Source of the DNA: Gammaproteobacteria bacterium
GTDB lineage: Bacteria > Pseudomonadota > Gammaproteobacteria > Eutrophobiales > Eutrophobiaceae
Reading direction: 5' to 3'
Assembly (NCBI GenBank): GCA_041984885.1
Contig: JBHIXH010000003.1
Location: 30,823 to 94,822, forward strand
DNA: 64,000 bases
Below, in pieces: positions 20,058 through 31,061 of this stretch; the first letter of the stretch is position 1; each line of letters begins with the position of its first letter. Below the pieces are notes generated by a model. That model searched no databases. It had not been told where the DNA came from and saw nothing but the letters and a program-made list of their open reading frames with translations. The translations under genes and the position numbers were made by a program.

Positions 20058-20529
20058 CGACTTTTTCCTCTACCTGAATACCTGTATGTCCGAATCCGCC
20101 AGCACCGCGTTGCGTTGCCTGAAACTCATCAACAACGTCAAACTGACATTGCACGACTGGTACTATCACCATTTGCGCAATGCGCATGCCGGGTTCGATC
20201 TCAAAAGTCCGCTCGCTGCGATTCCAGCACGAGACAAATATCTGCCCCTGGTAATCCGAATCGATCAGGCCAGTCAGATTACCGAGGACGATGCCATGTT
20301 TATGACCAAGCCCGGAGCGGGGCAACAACACCGCGGCCAGCCCGCTGTCCTGAATATCCATCGCGAAACCACACGGGATTAACTCTGTCTGTCCCGGCTG
20401 CAAGCGTATGACCGAACTGATACAGGCAGACAAGTCCATACCGGCCGAGCCGGTCGTCGCATGCGTGGGTATCGGAAACTCAGTGCCGAGTCTCGGATCG
20501 AGAATTTTGATGCATATTTTTTTCTTCAT
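20050..20529 (-). CDS. dut: dUTP diphosphatase
   Basis: [33 protein letters not shown] parallels E. coli Dut. C-terminal motif [10 protein letters not shown] is present. Confidence 0.93.
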   Translation of the reverse strand: MKKKICIKILDPRLGTEFPIPTHATTGSAGMDLSACISSVIRLQPGQTELIPCGFAMDIQDSGLAAVLLPRSGLGHKHGIVLGNLTGLIDSDYQGQIFVSCWNRSERTFEIEPGMRIAQMVIVPVVQCQFDVVDEFQATQRGAGGFGHTGIQVEEKVDG

Positions 20530-21712
20530 ACTGCTCAGCGATGACCTGGATTAATTTGCGCGCCAGCTTTCGTTTTGATGCGCGCCCAAGATCAAGATCG
20601 CCCCCTTCCCAGAACAAGTGCAGCGCGTTGTCATCAACATCGAAGCCCAGCCCCGCACCGACCTGATTCGCGGCTATTAGATCCAGGCGTTTATTTTTCA
20701 ATTTCAGTTTCGCGTTGTCAGCCACGGCGTCGGTCTCTGCCGCAAAGCCGACTGTGAACGGTGGTTTTGCTAATGCCGCCACGTCTGCCAGTATATCGGC
20801 TGTCTTTTCCAGTGTCAGTGAGAATTCACTAACCTTTTTCTTAATCTTCAAAGCGGCGATGTTTTCACAGGCATAATCGGCGACGGCGGCCGCTGAGATA
20901 AAGATAGAATGGTCATTAATGTTCTGCATGACTGCGGCGTGCATCTCCCTCGCTGACTCAATTTGAATCAACCGGGTCATCTCTGGCGCGCTCAACTCGG
21001 ACGGGCCGGAGACGAGCGTCACGTTCGCACCGGCTTCAGTGGCGGCCTCGGCAATCGCGTAGCCCATACGACCGGAACTGCGGTTGCTGATATAGCGTAC
21101 CGGGTCGATATACTCACGCGTTGGCCCGGCGGTAATGAGCACGGATTGGCCGGCCATCAGGCCGGTCTGAAACTGTTTGATCACTTCGCCGACGATTTGA
21201 TCCGGCTCCAGCATGCGCCCGGGCCCCTCTTCACCGCAGGCCTGGCTGCCGCTGGCCGGCCCCAGCATCGGCAGCCCCCGTTCCTGCAATACAGCCACGT
21301 TTTGCTGTGTCGCCGCTGCCTGCCACATTTGCTGGTTCATTGCCGGCACCAGGACAATCGGCGCATCCGCCGCCAGGCAAATCGTGCTGAGCAAGTCATC
21401 GGCCAGGCCGTGTGCCAGACGTGCCAGCGTGTTCGCACTGCAGGGGGCGATCAGCAGCAAGTCCGCCCAGCGGGCGAGCTCGATATGCCCCATCGCGGCC
21501 TCGGCCTGTTCGTCCAGTAGTGTCGTCGCCACCCGGTGACCGGACAACGCCTGCATCGTCAGCGGCGTGATAAATTCGCACGCCGCGGTCGTCATCACCA
21601 CCCGTACCTCGGCCCCCTGCTCACGCAGACGACGAATGAGTTCAGCACTTTTGTAGGCCGCGATGCCACCGGTGACACCGAGCAGGATCCGCTTGTTCAT
21701 CAATCTGTTCAT
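20480..21712 (-). CDS. coaBC: bifunctional phosphopantothenoylcysteine decarboxylase/phosphopantothenate--cysteine ligase
   Basis: 410 aa. N-terminal flavoprotein motif [13 protein letters not shown] and a C-terminal CoaB domain. Confidence 0.92.
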   Translation of the reverse strand: MNRLMNKRILLGVTGGIAAYKSAELIRRLREQGAEVRVVMTTAACEFITPLTMQALSGHRVATTLLDEQAEAAMGHIELARWADLLLIAPCSANTLARLAHGLADDLLSTICLAADAPIVLVPAMNQQMWQAAATQQNVAVLQERGLPMLGPASGSQACGEEGPGRMLEPDQIVGEVIKQFQTGLMAGQSVLITAGPTREYIDPVRYISNRSSGRMGYAIAEAATEAGANVTLVSGPSELSAPEMTRLIQIESAREMHAAVMQNINDHSIFISAAAVADYACENIAALKIKKKVSEFSLTLEKTADILADVAALAKPPFTVGFAAETDAVADNAKLKLKNKRLDLIAANQVGAGLGFDVDDNALHLFWEGGDLDLGRASKRKLARKLIQVIAEQYEEKNMHQNSRSETRH

Positions 21713-21779
21713 ATTGGTGTGATTCTAAACTATATTGAACAGGCGCTACACGCACGGATTCACAGACACTGGAGGTCGT

Positions 21780-22454
21780 ATGCCAATCACTCACTGGCCC
21801 GGGGCCGAACGCCCACGCGAGAAATTATTGCTAAAAGGCGCGGCGGCGTTATCCGATGCCGAATTGCTCGCCATCTTCTTTCGTACCGGTACACGCGGAC
21901 GTTCTGCTGTCGATCTGGCGCGTGACCTGGTCCGTGACTACGATGGCCTGCGCTCACTACTCGATGCCGACCAGGCGACCCTGTGCAGTGCAAAGGGTAT
22001 CGGCCCCACCAAATACGTGCTGATACAGGCGGCACTGGAACTCGGGCGCCGGTATTTGCAATCCGAACTAAGCGAACGCGCCGCCATGACGAACCCGCAA
22101 AACGTGCGTGATTTTCTCAGCCTGCACCTACGCCGACAAAAACACGAGGTGTTCGCCGCGATGTTCCTGGATAACCGGCATCGAGTCATTGAATTCAGGA
22201 CGTTGTTCCGCGGCACGATCAACGGCGCCAGCGTGTATCCACGTGAAGTCGTGAAAGAGGCGCTGGCACTGAATGCCGCGGCAATCATCTTTGCGCACAA
22301 CCATCCGTCCGGTGTGGCTGAACCGAGTCAGGCCGATGTGCAAATTACGAAGCAGTTACGCGAGGCACTTGAACTCGTGGATATCAACGTGCTCGATCAT
22401 TTTATTGTTGGTGATGGCAACGCCGTGTCGTTTTCCGAGCGCGGCCTGTTATAG
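21780..22454 (+). CDS. radC: RadC-family JAMM-motif protein
   Basis: Start at [17 protein letters not shown], preceded by a GGAGG RBS. JAMM motif HNHPSG is present. Confidence 0.88.
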   Translation: MPITHWPGAERPREKLLLKGAAALSDAELLAIFFRTGTRGRSAVDLARDLVRDYDGLRSLLDADQATLCSAKGIGPTKYVLIQAALELGRRYLQSELSERAAMTNPQNVRDFLSLHLRRQKHEVFAAMFLDNRHRVIEFRTLFRGTINGASVYPREVVKEALALNAAAIIFAHNHPSGVAEPSQADVQITKQLREALELVDINVLDHFIVGDGNAVSFSERGLL

Positions 22455-22474
22455 AAACAAACGAAACCAGCGGC

Positions 22475-23188
22475 TTATTTAAACACGCCCGCGATCGTTT
22501 GCTGGATGGATTCCGCCGCCGCACGCGGATCGGCCGCGTCACGGATCGGACGACCGACGACGATGTGGTCGGCACCGTTGCTGAACGCCTGCTCCACATT
22601 AACGGTGCGTTTTTGATCGTCTTTATTATCGACCGGCCGAATGCCGGGCGTGATGACAAGTAACTTGTGATCGATATGTTCCCGTAACGCCGGTGCCTCC
22701 AGGCCGGACGAGATGACGCCGTCGCAACCGGATTCGAGCGCCCGTTTGGCGCGCGATAACACCAGCGCCTCAACATCGCAGTCAAAACCGAGATCATCGA
22801 GATCGCCGCGGTCGAGACTGGTCAGCGCGGTGACCGCGAGGATCTTCACCTCGCCTTTCGCCTCGGCGGCCGCCTGCATGATCGCGTCGTTACCGTGCAC
22901 GGTCGCGAATGTCGCGCCATGCCGGCTGAGTGCGCGCACGGCCGATTGCACCGTCTGCGGCACGTCGAAAAACTTCAAATCGACGAACACCTTCTTGTCC
23001 CGCTGGATCAGCCATTCGAGCAGATTGAAATAATCGCCGGCCATGAACAGCTCCAGGCCAATCTTGTAAAACGTCACCGCGTCGCCGAGTTGCTCGACCA
23101 GTTCCCGCCCCTGCTGCGGCGACGGTACATCGAGGGCAAAGATGAGGCGATCCCGATTGTCTATCGGTTTTGGCTTGAATTCAGACAT
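22475..23188 (-). CDS. pyrF: orotidine 5'-phosphate decarboxylase
   Basis: 237 aa. LIFALDV...FYKIGLELF and DLKFFDVP motifs. Confidence 0.92.
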   Translation of the reverse strand: MSEFKPKPIDNRDRLIFALDVPSPQQGRELVEQLGDAVTFYKIGLELFMAGDYFNLLEWLIQRDKKVFVDLKFFDVPQTVQSAVRALSRHGATFATVHGNDAIMQAAAEAKGEVKILAVTALTSLDRGDLDDLGFDCDVEALVLSRAKRALESGCDGVISSGLEAPALREHIDHKLLVITPGIRPVDNKDDQKRTVNVEQAFSNGADHIVVGRPIRDAADPRAAAESIQQTIAGVFK

Positions 23189-23306
23189 GGCAATTGTATC
23201 TCATTGAAATATAATAAATTATTGTTCTGTGACGGCGTATTCAGGCGGCAAATTGCAGCATAGACCGAAACCGGACGCAAGCCGCTGGCGAAACCCGGCT
23301 GAAAGC

Positions 23307-23335
23307 TTGGCAGTACCGCATGATCCATGTAAAAT
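23307..23335 (+). promoter_or_regulatory. putative sigma-70 promoter of rpmB-rpmG
   Basis: TTGGCA, a 17-nt spacer, then TAAAAT. It lies 45 nt upstream of the rpmB ATG. Confidence 0.5.
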
Positions 23336-23379
23336 CCGCGCTCTTTTTCACAAGTAGAACAACATTTACGGAAGCCATC

Positions 23380-23616
23380 ATGTCTCGCGTTTGCCAAGTA
23401 ACCGGAAAAAAACCGATGGCGGGAAACAACGTATCGCACGCGCATAACAAGACGCGTCGCCGTTTTCTGCCAAACCTGCACTATCGACGCTTCTGGGTCG
23501 AGAGTGAAAAGCGCTGGGTGCGCCTGCGTGTCAGCCGACATGGCATTCGCGTCATCGATAAAAAAGGCATCGATAACGTGCTGTCCGACATCCGCGCCCG
23601 CGGTGAAAAAGTCTAG
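23380..23616 (+). CDS. rpmB: 50S ribosomal protein L28
   Basis: [33 protein letters not shown], canonical L28. The ORF track starts upstream at 23320. Confidence 0.95.
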   Translation: MSRVCQVTGKKPMAGNNVSHAHNKTRRRFLPNLHYRRFWVESEKRWVRLRVSRHGIRVIDKKGIDNVLSDIRARGEKV

Positions 23617-23626
23617 GAGCTAACAG

Positions 23627-23782
23627 ATGCGCGATAAAATCAAACTCGTTTCCAGTGCCGGCACCGGTCACTATTACACAACGACGAAGAACAAACGTAA
23701 CATGCCGGACAAAATGGAAATCAAGAAATTCGATCCGGTCGTACGCAAACACGTGATCTACAAGGAAGGCAAGATTAAATAA
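23627..23782 (+). CDS. rpmG: 50S ribosomal protein L33 (51 aa; below the ORF-track cutoff)
   Basis: My translation is [59 protein letters not shown] lies at 23616. Confidence 0.93.
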   Translation: MRDKIKLVSSAGTGHYYTTTKNKRNMPDKMEIKKFDPVVRKHVIYKEGKIK

Positions 23783-23802
23783 TCCCTCTTATCAGGGGAT
23801 AG

Positions 23803-23831
23803 AAAAAACCCGCTGTGACAGCGGGTTTTTT
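23803..23831. terminator. rho-independent terminator between rpmG (+) and desA (-)
   Basis: AAAAAACCCGCTG-tga-CAGCGGGTTTTTT: an A-run and a T-run flank a GC stem. Confidence 0.85.
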
Positions 23832-23850
23832 ATTGTCTTCGTTTTGATGC

Positions 23851-25035
23851 TTACGGTGCAGGCAAGGCCGGCTGCAAACTGTAACCCCGTAACAACGCTA
23901 CAAAGTCTTCCAGCGCAGCAATGCCGGACTGCTCGGCATGTCGGCACCACTGTTGCAGGTCTTTCAGGATCATTTCTTCCGTCAGTGCCGTGTCCTGCCA
24001 GAGTTGTTGCAACTTCTGCCTGAACTCATACACCGCCTTCATCGCCTCGTTTTCATTTAACAACTTTTCCAGTTGTTCTATTGTGTGCGTGTCGAGTTGC
24101 CATTGCGGTTTGTTTAACAACCGCCGCATCTTGCGCAGGGCAATACGACCGGAACGTTTTGTGCGCGAGTATTCATCACGATAGACCTGGCGAATGACGT
24201 TACGCGTGTAATCCGACATCACATGCATGCGCGATGTCACCACGGCAGTCGCCGTATCGGCATCAATGCGATCCTTTGTCGGATCAAACAATAACCGCGG
24301 TGCCAGTTTTTTCACCCTGGCCATTCCCAGCGCTTGCAAACAGCAGATGTAAAACCAGCCTATATCAAACTCCCACCATTTACTGGAGAACCGGGCCGAA
24401 CTGGCAAACGCATGGTGATTGTTATGCATTTCCTCGCCACCGATCAAAATACCGATCGGTGTAATATTCGTTGCGGCATCCGGCGAATCATAATTGCGGT
24501 AACCCCACCAGTGACCGAGACCATTGATCACACCCGCGGCAAAAAACGGGATCCACGCCATTTGTATTGCCCAGATCGAAACACCGATAACACCAAACAA
24601 CAACACGTTGATTGCCAGCATGGCAACGATGCCACAATTCGTAAATGGCAGGTAAAAGTGTTTCTCCATCCAGTCATCCGGGGTTGCATGACCATAGTCG
24701 ACAATCGTCGCGTCGTTTTCACATTCTTCACGATATAACTCCACGCCTTCCCACAGGACCTTGTTGATGCCGTGCGTTTGCGGACTGTGCGGGTCGTCGG
24801 CGGACTCCACCTGCGCATGGTGTTTGCGATGCACGGCGACCCATTCCTGTGTGCGCATGCCGGTCGTTAACCACAACCAGAAACGGAAAAAATGACTGAC
24901 GACGGGGTGCAGATTGACAGCGCGATGTGCCTGACAACGGTGCAGGTAAAGCGTGACCGCAGCGATCGTGATGTGCGTGAGTGCCAGCGTAACAATAATG
25001 TAGCCCCACCAGGGCAAGACGATCAGACCGGTCAT
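23851..25035 (-). CDS. desA: membrane acyl-lipid/acyl-CoA delta-9 fatty acid desaturase (DesA-like)
   Basis: 394 aa. His boxes HRCQAH, HRKHH and HNNHH. N-terminus and length resemble Pseudomonas DesA. Confidence 0.8.
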   Translation of the reverse strand: MTGLIVLPWWGYIIVTLALTHITIAAVTLYLHRCQAHRAVNLHPVVSHFFRFWLWLTTGMRTQEWVAVHRKHHAQVESADDPHSPQTHGINKVLWEGVELYREECENDATIVDYGHATPDDWMEKHFYLPFTNCGIVAMLAINVLLFGVIGVSIWAIQMAWIPFFAAGVINGLGHWWGYRNYDSPDAATNITPIGILIGGEEMHNNHHAFASSARFSSKWWEFDIGWFYICCLQALGMARVKKLAPRLLFDPTKDRIDADTATAVVTSRMHVMSDYTRNVIRQVYRDEYSRTKRSGRIALRKMRRLLNKPQWQLDTHTIEQLEKLLNENEAMKAVYEFRQKLQQLWQDTALTEEMILKDLQQWCRHAEQSGIAALEDFVALLRGYSLQPALPAP

Positions 25036-25083
25036 ATTTTATCTCCTGCGAATGGTTATTTTCATTGGTTTTGAATGCAACGA

Positions 25084-25971
25084 CTATGCCGCCGCCGTCA
25101 AGACATAATACAACGCCAGCGGTAACGTAATGACGCTGAACGCATTGCCAAACAACACCATTGCTGCAACGCGAGACGGTTGTTGCCGGTAATGCTCGGC
25201 AAACATGTAGTTTAATACCGCTGGCGGCAAGGCGCCGAAAAGCAATAATGTGCCCTGCTCGACCGGCGTCAATTGTAACCACGGCGTGACGGACAATGCC
25301 AGTGCCACCCCGATAACCGGCGATAACACGGCGACCAACAAGCCAATCCGCCACTCGGACAAGTCGGTTTCAGCCAGCCGTACACCGAGCGCAAACAACA
25401 TCAACGGCACACAGATATTTCCCAGCAACCGGATAGGCTGCAGGATGACATCCGGCACAGCCACCCCGCCAAACCCCAGGCCCAGCGCCAGCATGGTCGC
25501 AATCATCATCGGGTTCGTTGCCACGCTGGCCAGGTTGAAATCACGATGCATGATCGCCGGTGCGATCGTGATGTGAAAAAAATTGCACACAATAAATACT
25601 ATGACCGCCTGCGGCATCGCCTGCTGACCAAACGTTAACACGACCAGCGGCAAACCCAGGTTGCCGGCGTTACTGAACATTAACGGCGGACACAACACGG
25701 GCACAGGAATATTCAAATAGCGGGACAGCTGCCAGCCGATCAGGCCGGAAATGAGAATAATAAAGGCTATGCCGAAAGCAAGAGAACTGAACACGTTTTC
25801 ATAACCGGATTGATCGGTCAGCACGCTGAACAACAACGCCGGCACGAACACATCCATGTTTAACCGGTTCGGTAATGTCATGTCCGGTGTGAATCGTTTG
25901 GCGTACGCCAGGCCGACCAGCACAACGGTAAAGATCGGAAAGGTAATTTCAAAAATGCGGGCGGCAATCAT
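25084..25971 (-). CDS. AEC (auxin efflux carrier) family transporter
   Basis: 295 aa, about 10 TM segments, typical AEC family composition. 4-nt ATGA overlap with the upstream hydantoinase-like gene. Confidence 0.7.
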   Translation of the reverse strand: MIAARIFEITFPIFTVVLVGLAYAKRFTPDMTLPNRLNMDVFVPALLFSVLTDQSGYENVFSSLAFGIAFIILISGLIGWQLSRYLNIPVPVLCPPLMFSNAGNLGLPLVVLTFGQQAMPQAVIVFIVCNFFHITIAPAIMHRDFNLASVATNPMMIATMLALGLGFGGVAVPDVILQPIRLLGNICVPLMLFALGVRLAETDLSEWRIGLLVAVLSPVIGVALALSVTPWLQLTPVEQGTLLLFGALPPAVLNYMFAEHYRQQPSRVAAMVLFGNAFSVITLPLALYYVLTAAA

Positions 25972-27965
25972 GGCGTCGCATCGCTCAATGTCAGGATCAG
26001 GTTCGCGTATTCATCCAGGCTGGCGTACCAGTTTTTGGCGACGAACGTGGTGGCGACCGGGTCAGTCACAATCAACGGCCCTGGTTGTGGCGGCTCGCCC
26101 GCAAGGCTGTACCGGGGTCGCACTGGTATCGCCTGATCGAATCCATACGCAGTTACATGTTCTGTCTCCGAACCGGTTTCAGGTTTACCCATCTTCGGCA
26201 AGTTGAGCGAAGTTGGCGCGGCATTCAGACTGACACACAGGTTCACCAGTTCGATCGGGCTTTGCAGGCGATGACCGAAACGTTGCTGGTGCAGTTCGTG
26301 AAATTGTTGTTGCATCGTCTCCGTGTCAGTCAATGGCAGGTTCAACGTTGAGCTTTGGCCGTGATAGCACAGATCGACGCTCGTGGTGATGTCAATGCTG
26401 TCGATATTCACGTCTTCCTGTTGCAACCGTTCGATCCCGGTATCGATCAATGCCTGTCGCTGCTGCTGTAACTCCTGCCCGGTGATTCCGGCAAGCATGA
26501 CAGCCAGCGTTTGTTTCAGGTAACGACCCGGACTGGTGACGATCATACCGAGCGCCGATAACACGCCGGCGCGATCCGGCACAACGGCCTGGTGCATATT
26601 CAATGCCTCTGCCAATGCACAAATATGCAGACCACCGGCGCCACCAAAGGCGAACAGGCTGAAGTCTTTCGGGTCGATACCACGTTGCACCGAGATCATC
26701 CGTAACGCCTGCACCATGTTTTCATTGACTACTCTTATGACCCCTTCGGCCGCGGCTGCAGCCGAATCGACACCGATATCGGCGGCCAAGCTGTCCAAAG
26801 CGGTGTCGGCCGCCGCGACATCCAGTTGCAAACTGCCGCCGAGCCTGGCCTGAGGCGGAATCCGCCCGAGCACCAGGTTGGCATCGGTAACCGTCGCCGC
26901 TTGACCACACTGACCATAGCATGCCGGTCCCGGTACCGAGGCGGCCGATTCCGGTCCGACGTGGAGTTTACCGCCGGCATCGACATGGGCGATGGAACCG
27001 CCGCCGGCCCCGATCGTTTCCATTTCGACCATCGGTACGCCAACCGGATAGCGGCCGATACGACCGCGACCCATGATGTTAATGCCACCGTTGATCATGG
27101 CGACATCGGTCGAGGTCCCGCCCATGTCAAACGTCAGTAATTGTCTCCGCCCGATGGTTTCGCCAATGAACTTCGCTGCGGCCAGTCCACCGGCCGGGCC
27201 GGACAACAACAGGTGCACCGCCTCGGTGCCGGCTTGCCCGGTATCGCAGGTCTGGCCGGAACTGCGCATCACACTGACGCGTGCCGGTTTAACGGCCGCG
27301 CTCAGGCGCTGCAGATAACCTTGCACCAGTGGACCGACGGACGCATTCAACCAGGTGGCAATGCCACGTTCGTATTCGCGGTATTCCGGCAAGACACGAT
27401 GGGAACAGGAAACAAAAAAATCGTTTTCCAGTGCCGCGGCAATCTGTTGCTCGTCGTCGCTGCTGACAAACGAAAATAATAAATTGATTGCGACCGCTTC
27501 CACCTGTCGTTGTAACAGGGTTTCACGCAGCCGGGAGATGTCTGCCGATTTTAACGGCTGAATGATGACGCCTTGCTGATCGCGACGTACATCGATCTCG
27601 AGACACAGTTCGGCCGGCACTGGCGGTGGCAATGGCTGCGGTTGCAGGTTGTACAGTTCCGCCCGCGCCTGGCGCCCGATCGTCAATACGTCCTTGAGAC
27701 CTTTATTCGTGACATAGGCGGTTCTAACGCCACGGTTCTGTAACACCGCGTTCGTTGCCACGGTCGAACCATGAATAATACGTAATTGCTGCAGGTCCAG
27801 TTGCATCTCGGCAATGCCCTGCAGGATCGCGCGTTCCGGTGCAGCCGGGGTTGATAGCACTTTATGTAAACGAATGTCGTCGCCATCGACATAAACAAAA
27901 TCGGTGAACGTTCCGCCGGTATCGACGCCCAATAAACAAAGTTTTTGCCCGGACTTGCAACTCAC
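25968..27965 (-). CDS. hydantoinase/oxoprolinase A-type (HyuA) family protein
   Basis: 665 aa. N-terminal LLGVDTGGTFTDF and an internal second ASKHA-fold segment, FDMGGTSTDV. The start codon (GTG at 27965) is uncertain. Confidence 0.8.
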   Translation of the reverse strand: MSCKSGQKLCLLGVDTGGTFTDFVYVDGDDIRLHKVLSTPAAPERAILQGIAEMQLDLQQLRIIHGSTVATNAVLQNRGVRTAYVTNKGLKDVLTIGRQARAELYNLQPQPLPPPVPAELCLEIDVRRDQQGVIIQPLKSADISRLRETLLQRQVEAVAINLLFSFVSSDDEQQIAAALENDFFVSCSHRVLPEYREYERGIATWLNASVGPLVQGYLQRLSAAVKPARVSVMRSSGQTCDTGQAGTEAVHLLLSGPAGGLAAAKFIGETIGRRQLLTFDMGGTSTDVAMINGGINIMGRGRIGRYPVGVPMVEMETIGAGGGSIAHVDAGGKLHVGPESAASVPGPACYGQCGQAATVTDANLVLGRIPPQARLGGSLQLDVAAADTALDSLAADIGVDSAAAAAEGVIRVVNENMVQALRMISVQRGIDPKDFSLFAFGGAGGLHICALAEALNMHQAVVPDRAGVLSALGMIVTSPGRYLKQTLAVMLAGITGQELQQQRQALIDTGIERLQQEDVNIDSIDITTSVDLCYHGQSSTLNLPLTDTETMQQQFHELHQQRFGHRLQSPIELVNLCVSLNAAPTSLNLPKMGKPETGSETEHVTAYGFDQAIPVRPRYSLAGEPPQPGPLIVTDPVATTFVAKNWYASLDEYANLILTLSDATP

Positions 27966-27991
27966 TGGCGAATCGCAATAATAGCTGCGCG

Positions 27992-28936
27992 ATGGATAAA
28001 CAAACTCTGATAGAAATCGACAACGTCAGTCGTTATTACGGCGATCATTGTGCGGTAGATCATGTCAGTTTTACGGTGCAACGTGGTGAAGTCATCGGTT
28101 TTCTCGGACCTAACGGCGCTGGCAAATCGACGACCATGCAGATCATCTGCGGCGTGCAAACGGCCAGCGAAGGCCGTGTCAGTATAGCAGGCCATGATAT
28201 TTTCGATCAGGCGCGTGCAGCGAAAGGCTTTATTGGTTTCTTGCCGGAAACGCCACCACTGTACAGTGAACTGACCGTCGATGAATACCTGCATTACAGT
28301 GCGCGCCTGCGACGTTTACCGAGTAATGAAATTCAGGCTGCCGTTGAACAATGTAAACAACGTTGCGGCCTGATCCGGACCGGCGGCCGCCTGATACGCA
28401 ACCTGTCGAAAGGCTACCAGCAACGCGTCGGCATCGCGCAGGCGATCATACATTCACCGGAAGTCGTCATCCTTGATGAGCCGACGTCCGGCCTGGATCC
28501 GATCCAGATCCGCGAGATCCGACAACTCATCCGTGAGCTCGGTAACGATCACAGTGTGATCCTGTCCACGCACATATTGTCCGAAGTGCAAACCGTCTGT
28601 GATCGCGTCGTTATCATTCACCAGGGGAAGATCGTATTGGACAAACCGCTGGCCGAATTAGACCAGCAACAGGACAACACGCTGCTGGTCAGTTTTCGTG
28701 AAACGCCCTCGGTCGACGACTTGCGCTCCGTTGATTTTGTTACTCACGTTAATCCATTAAACGAACACGACTTTCAGCTCACATTTAACGAGCAACATCC
28801 GGTACACGATGTATTGTGTCGCGCTGCGCTCGATAATAACTGGGGGCTGCTGTCAATGACACCGCTACGCCATTCGCTTGAAGAAACGTTTCTGCAACTG
28901 ACGCAACAGGATAACAACGAGGAACAGGCGGCATGA
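27992..28936 (+). CDS. ABC transporter ATP-binding protein (ABC-2 / GldA-like)
   Basis: Walker A GPNGAGKST, signature LSKGYQQR, Walker B VVILDEP. Confidence 0.9.
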   Translation: MDKQTLIEIDNVSRYYGDHCAVDHVSFTVQRGEVIGFLGPNGAGKSTTMQIICGVQTASEGRVSIAGHDIFDQARAAKGFIGFLPETPPLYSELTVDEYLHYSARLRRLPSNEIQAAVEQCKQRCGLIRTGGRLIRNLSKGYQQRVGIAQAIIHSPEVVILDEPTSGLDPIQIREIRQLIRELGNDHSVILSTHILSEVQTVCDRVVIIHQGKIVLDKPLAELDQQQDNTLLVSFRETPSVDDLRSVDFVTHVNPLNEHDFQLTFNEQHPVHDVLCRAALDNNWGLLSMTPLRHSLEETFLQLTQQDNNEEQAA

Positions 28937-29679
28937 GGCTGGCGTTGTCGATCGCGAACCATGAACTGCGGCGCCTGTTCAAGTCACCATTGGCCTGGGT
29001 GATCATGGCGATCGTGCAATTCCTGCTGGCGCAGCTGTTCATCAAGTACTGGGAGATCTTTGAAACGCGTGGCGCGCAGTACAGCAATATCGGCCTGACC
29101 GAGATAGTCGTGACCAGCCTGTTTCAAAGCAGCGCGATCATTTTATTAATGGTGACACCGTTTATCACGATGCGCGGTTTCAGTGAAGAACGCCGCAACG
29201 GCACGATGCGTCTGCTGTTGTCCGCGCCGATTACAATTACCGAGATGGTGCTCGGCAAGTTTCTCAGCGTGCTCGGATTTGTTTTATTAATCGTCGCGAT
29301 GATCGCATTGATGCCACTGTCACTCGGTATCGGTACCCAGCTCGATTATTACCAGTTATTTGCCGGCGTGCTTGGGCTGATGTTGTTATGCAGTTCGTTT
29401 GTTGCGATCGGTTTGTTTATCTCGACGTTAACCCAGTCAACAACGGTCGCTGCTGTCAGCACGTTTGGCGTGTTATTCCTGTTATGGATTTTAAACCTGG
29501 CGGGCAACAGTGGCTCGGAACAGGTGGCCGCGGTTTTAACCTACCTGTCGCTGCTGACACATTATAATAACCTGCTTGACGGCTTGTTTGATCTGTCCGA
29601 TGTCGTCTACTACCTGATCATGACGTTTACGTTTCTGGTTTTGTCCATCTGGCGTCTCGACATGGAGCGTATGAACTGA
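28933..29679 (+). CDS. ABC-2 type transporter permease (GldF-like)
   Basis: 248 aa, 6 TM segments. 4-nt overlap with the ATPase gene. Confidence 0.8.
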   Translation: MRLALSIANHELRRLFKSPLAWVIMAIVQFLLAQLFIKYWEIFETRGAQYSNIGLTEIVVTSLFQSSAIILLMVTPFITMRGFSEERRNGTMRLLLSAPITITEMVLGKFLSVLGFVLLIVAMIALMPLSLGIGTQLDYYQLFAGVLGLMLLCSSFVAIGLFISTLTQSTTVAAVSTFGVLFLLWILNLAGNSGSEQVAAVLTYLSLLTHYNNLLDGLFDLSDVVYYLIMTFTFLVLSIWRLDMERMN

Positions 29680-29680
29680 C

Positions 29681-31057
29681 ATGCAGCTTGATAAAACCAG
29701 TCGTTTGCAGTTTCGCCTGAACAGCGCCTTCATGTTTGTCCTGTTGCTGGCCGTCGCCGTTGTGCTTGGCTGGTTCAGTAATCGCTATGATCAACAGTTC
29801 GACTGGACGGCTTCCGGTCGCCACACGATCTCGGATGCCAGCCGTGACGTGCTGCAGAAGTTCGATGGCCCGATCGAAATCACTGCGTATGCCAGCGACA
29901 ACAAGGGGCTACGCGAAATCATAAGAAACATTGTCGGTCGCTACCAGGCAGTCAAACCGGAAATCGAATTGGATTTTGTCAATCCCATCGCCGTTCCGGA
30001 CGAGGTCCGCAGCCTTGGTATTACTGTTGATGGTGAGTTGATCCTGCGCTACCAGGATCGGCTTGAGCACGTCAAGACCGACAGCGAAGAAGAATTCACC
30101 AATGCGTTACAACGCCTCGCGCGTGGTGGCGAACGCTGGCTGGCGTTTGTTGAAGGCCATGGCGAACGCAATGCACTCGGGCAGGCGAACCATGATCTCG
30201 GCAGCTGGGTAGACAACCTGACCGGACGGGGTTACCAGGCGCAACCGATCAACCTGGCCGAGGTGGACGCAGTACCGGACAACACATCCGTACTCATCAT
30301 TGCCGGGCCACAAGTCGATTACCTGCCTGGCGAGGTCGAGAAAGTCATTAATTACATCAATAACGGCGGCAACCTGTTGTGGCTGCATGATCCGGGACCG
30401 ATGTATGGCCTGTTACCACTGGCAGAATCTCTCGGTGTCGAGATCTATCCCGGGACGATCATTGATTTTGTCGGTCAATTGCTCGGCATCAATGATCCGA
30501 CGATCGCGATAGCGACCGGCCCGGCGTATCAACCCCACCCGGCACTGGATGGTTTCAGCATTACCAGCCTGTTTCCCGCCGCTGCCGCCATCAATGTCAA
30601 CGACAATGCCGAGTGGAACGCGGTACCGTTGATCCTGACCGGCGATCACACCTGGTCCGAGAACGGGGAGTTAATGGGCGAAGTCGAATTTGATGAATCG
30701 ATTGATGACCAGGGACCGCTGAACCTGCTGGTCAGCCTGACCCGCGAAGTCGAGGTCGAGCTGGAAAACGGCGAACTGGAAACACGCAAGCAACGAATCC
30801 TGGTCAGCGGTGACGGCGACTTTTTATCGAACACGTTTCTCGGCAACAGTGGCAACCTGGATCTCGGCGTACGCCTGATCAACTGGCTCAGCAATGACGA
30901 TGAACTGATCGCGATCCCGCCGCGGGTTGCCGACGATCTGTTCCTGGAGCTGTCCAATACCAGCAAGATCATCATCATCGCTGGCTTTCTGTTCCTGTTG
31001 CCTCTGGCGTTGTTGGTCACCGGCATGAGCGTCTGGTGGCGACGGCGCAAGTTATAA
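29681..31057 (+). CDS. GldG-family ABC transporter auxiliary protein
   Basis: 458 aa with N- and C-terminal TM anchors around a large extracytoplasmic domain. Canonical position after the ABC-2 permease. Confidence 0.7.
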   Translation: MQLDKTSRLQFRLNSAFMFVLLLAVAVVLGWFSNRYDQQFDWTASGRHTISDASRDVLQKFDGPIEITAYASDNKGLREIIRNIVGRYQAVKPEIELDFVNPIAVPDEVRSLGITVDGELILRYQDRLEHVKTDSEEEFTNALQRLARGGERWLAFVEGHGERNALGQANHDLGSWVDNLTGRGYQAQPINLAEVDAVPDNTSVLIIAGPQVDYLPGEVEKVINYINNGGNLLWLHDPGPMYGLLPLAESLGVEIYPGTIIDFVGQLLGINDPTIAIATGPAYQPHPALDGFSITSLFPAAAAINVNDNAEWNAVPLILTGDHTWSENGELMGEVEFDESIDDQGPLNLLVSLTREVEVELENGELETRKQRILVSGDGDFLSNTFLGNSGNLDLGVRLINWLSNDDELIAIPPRVADDLFLELSNTSKIIIIAGFLFLLPLALLVTGMSVWWRRRKL

Positions 31058-31061
31058 GTCG

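Noticed and set aside
27962-28294. A 110-aa minus-strand ORF upstream of the hydantoinase gene that could have extended or preceded it.
   Set aside because: It fully overlaps the ABC ATPase N-terminus (Walker A region) on the plus strand and has no recognisable features.
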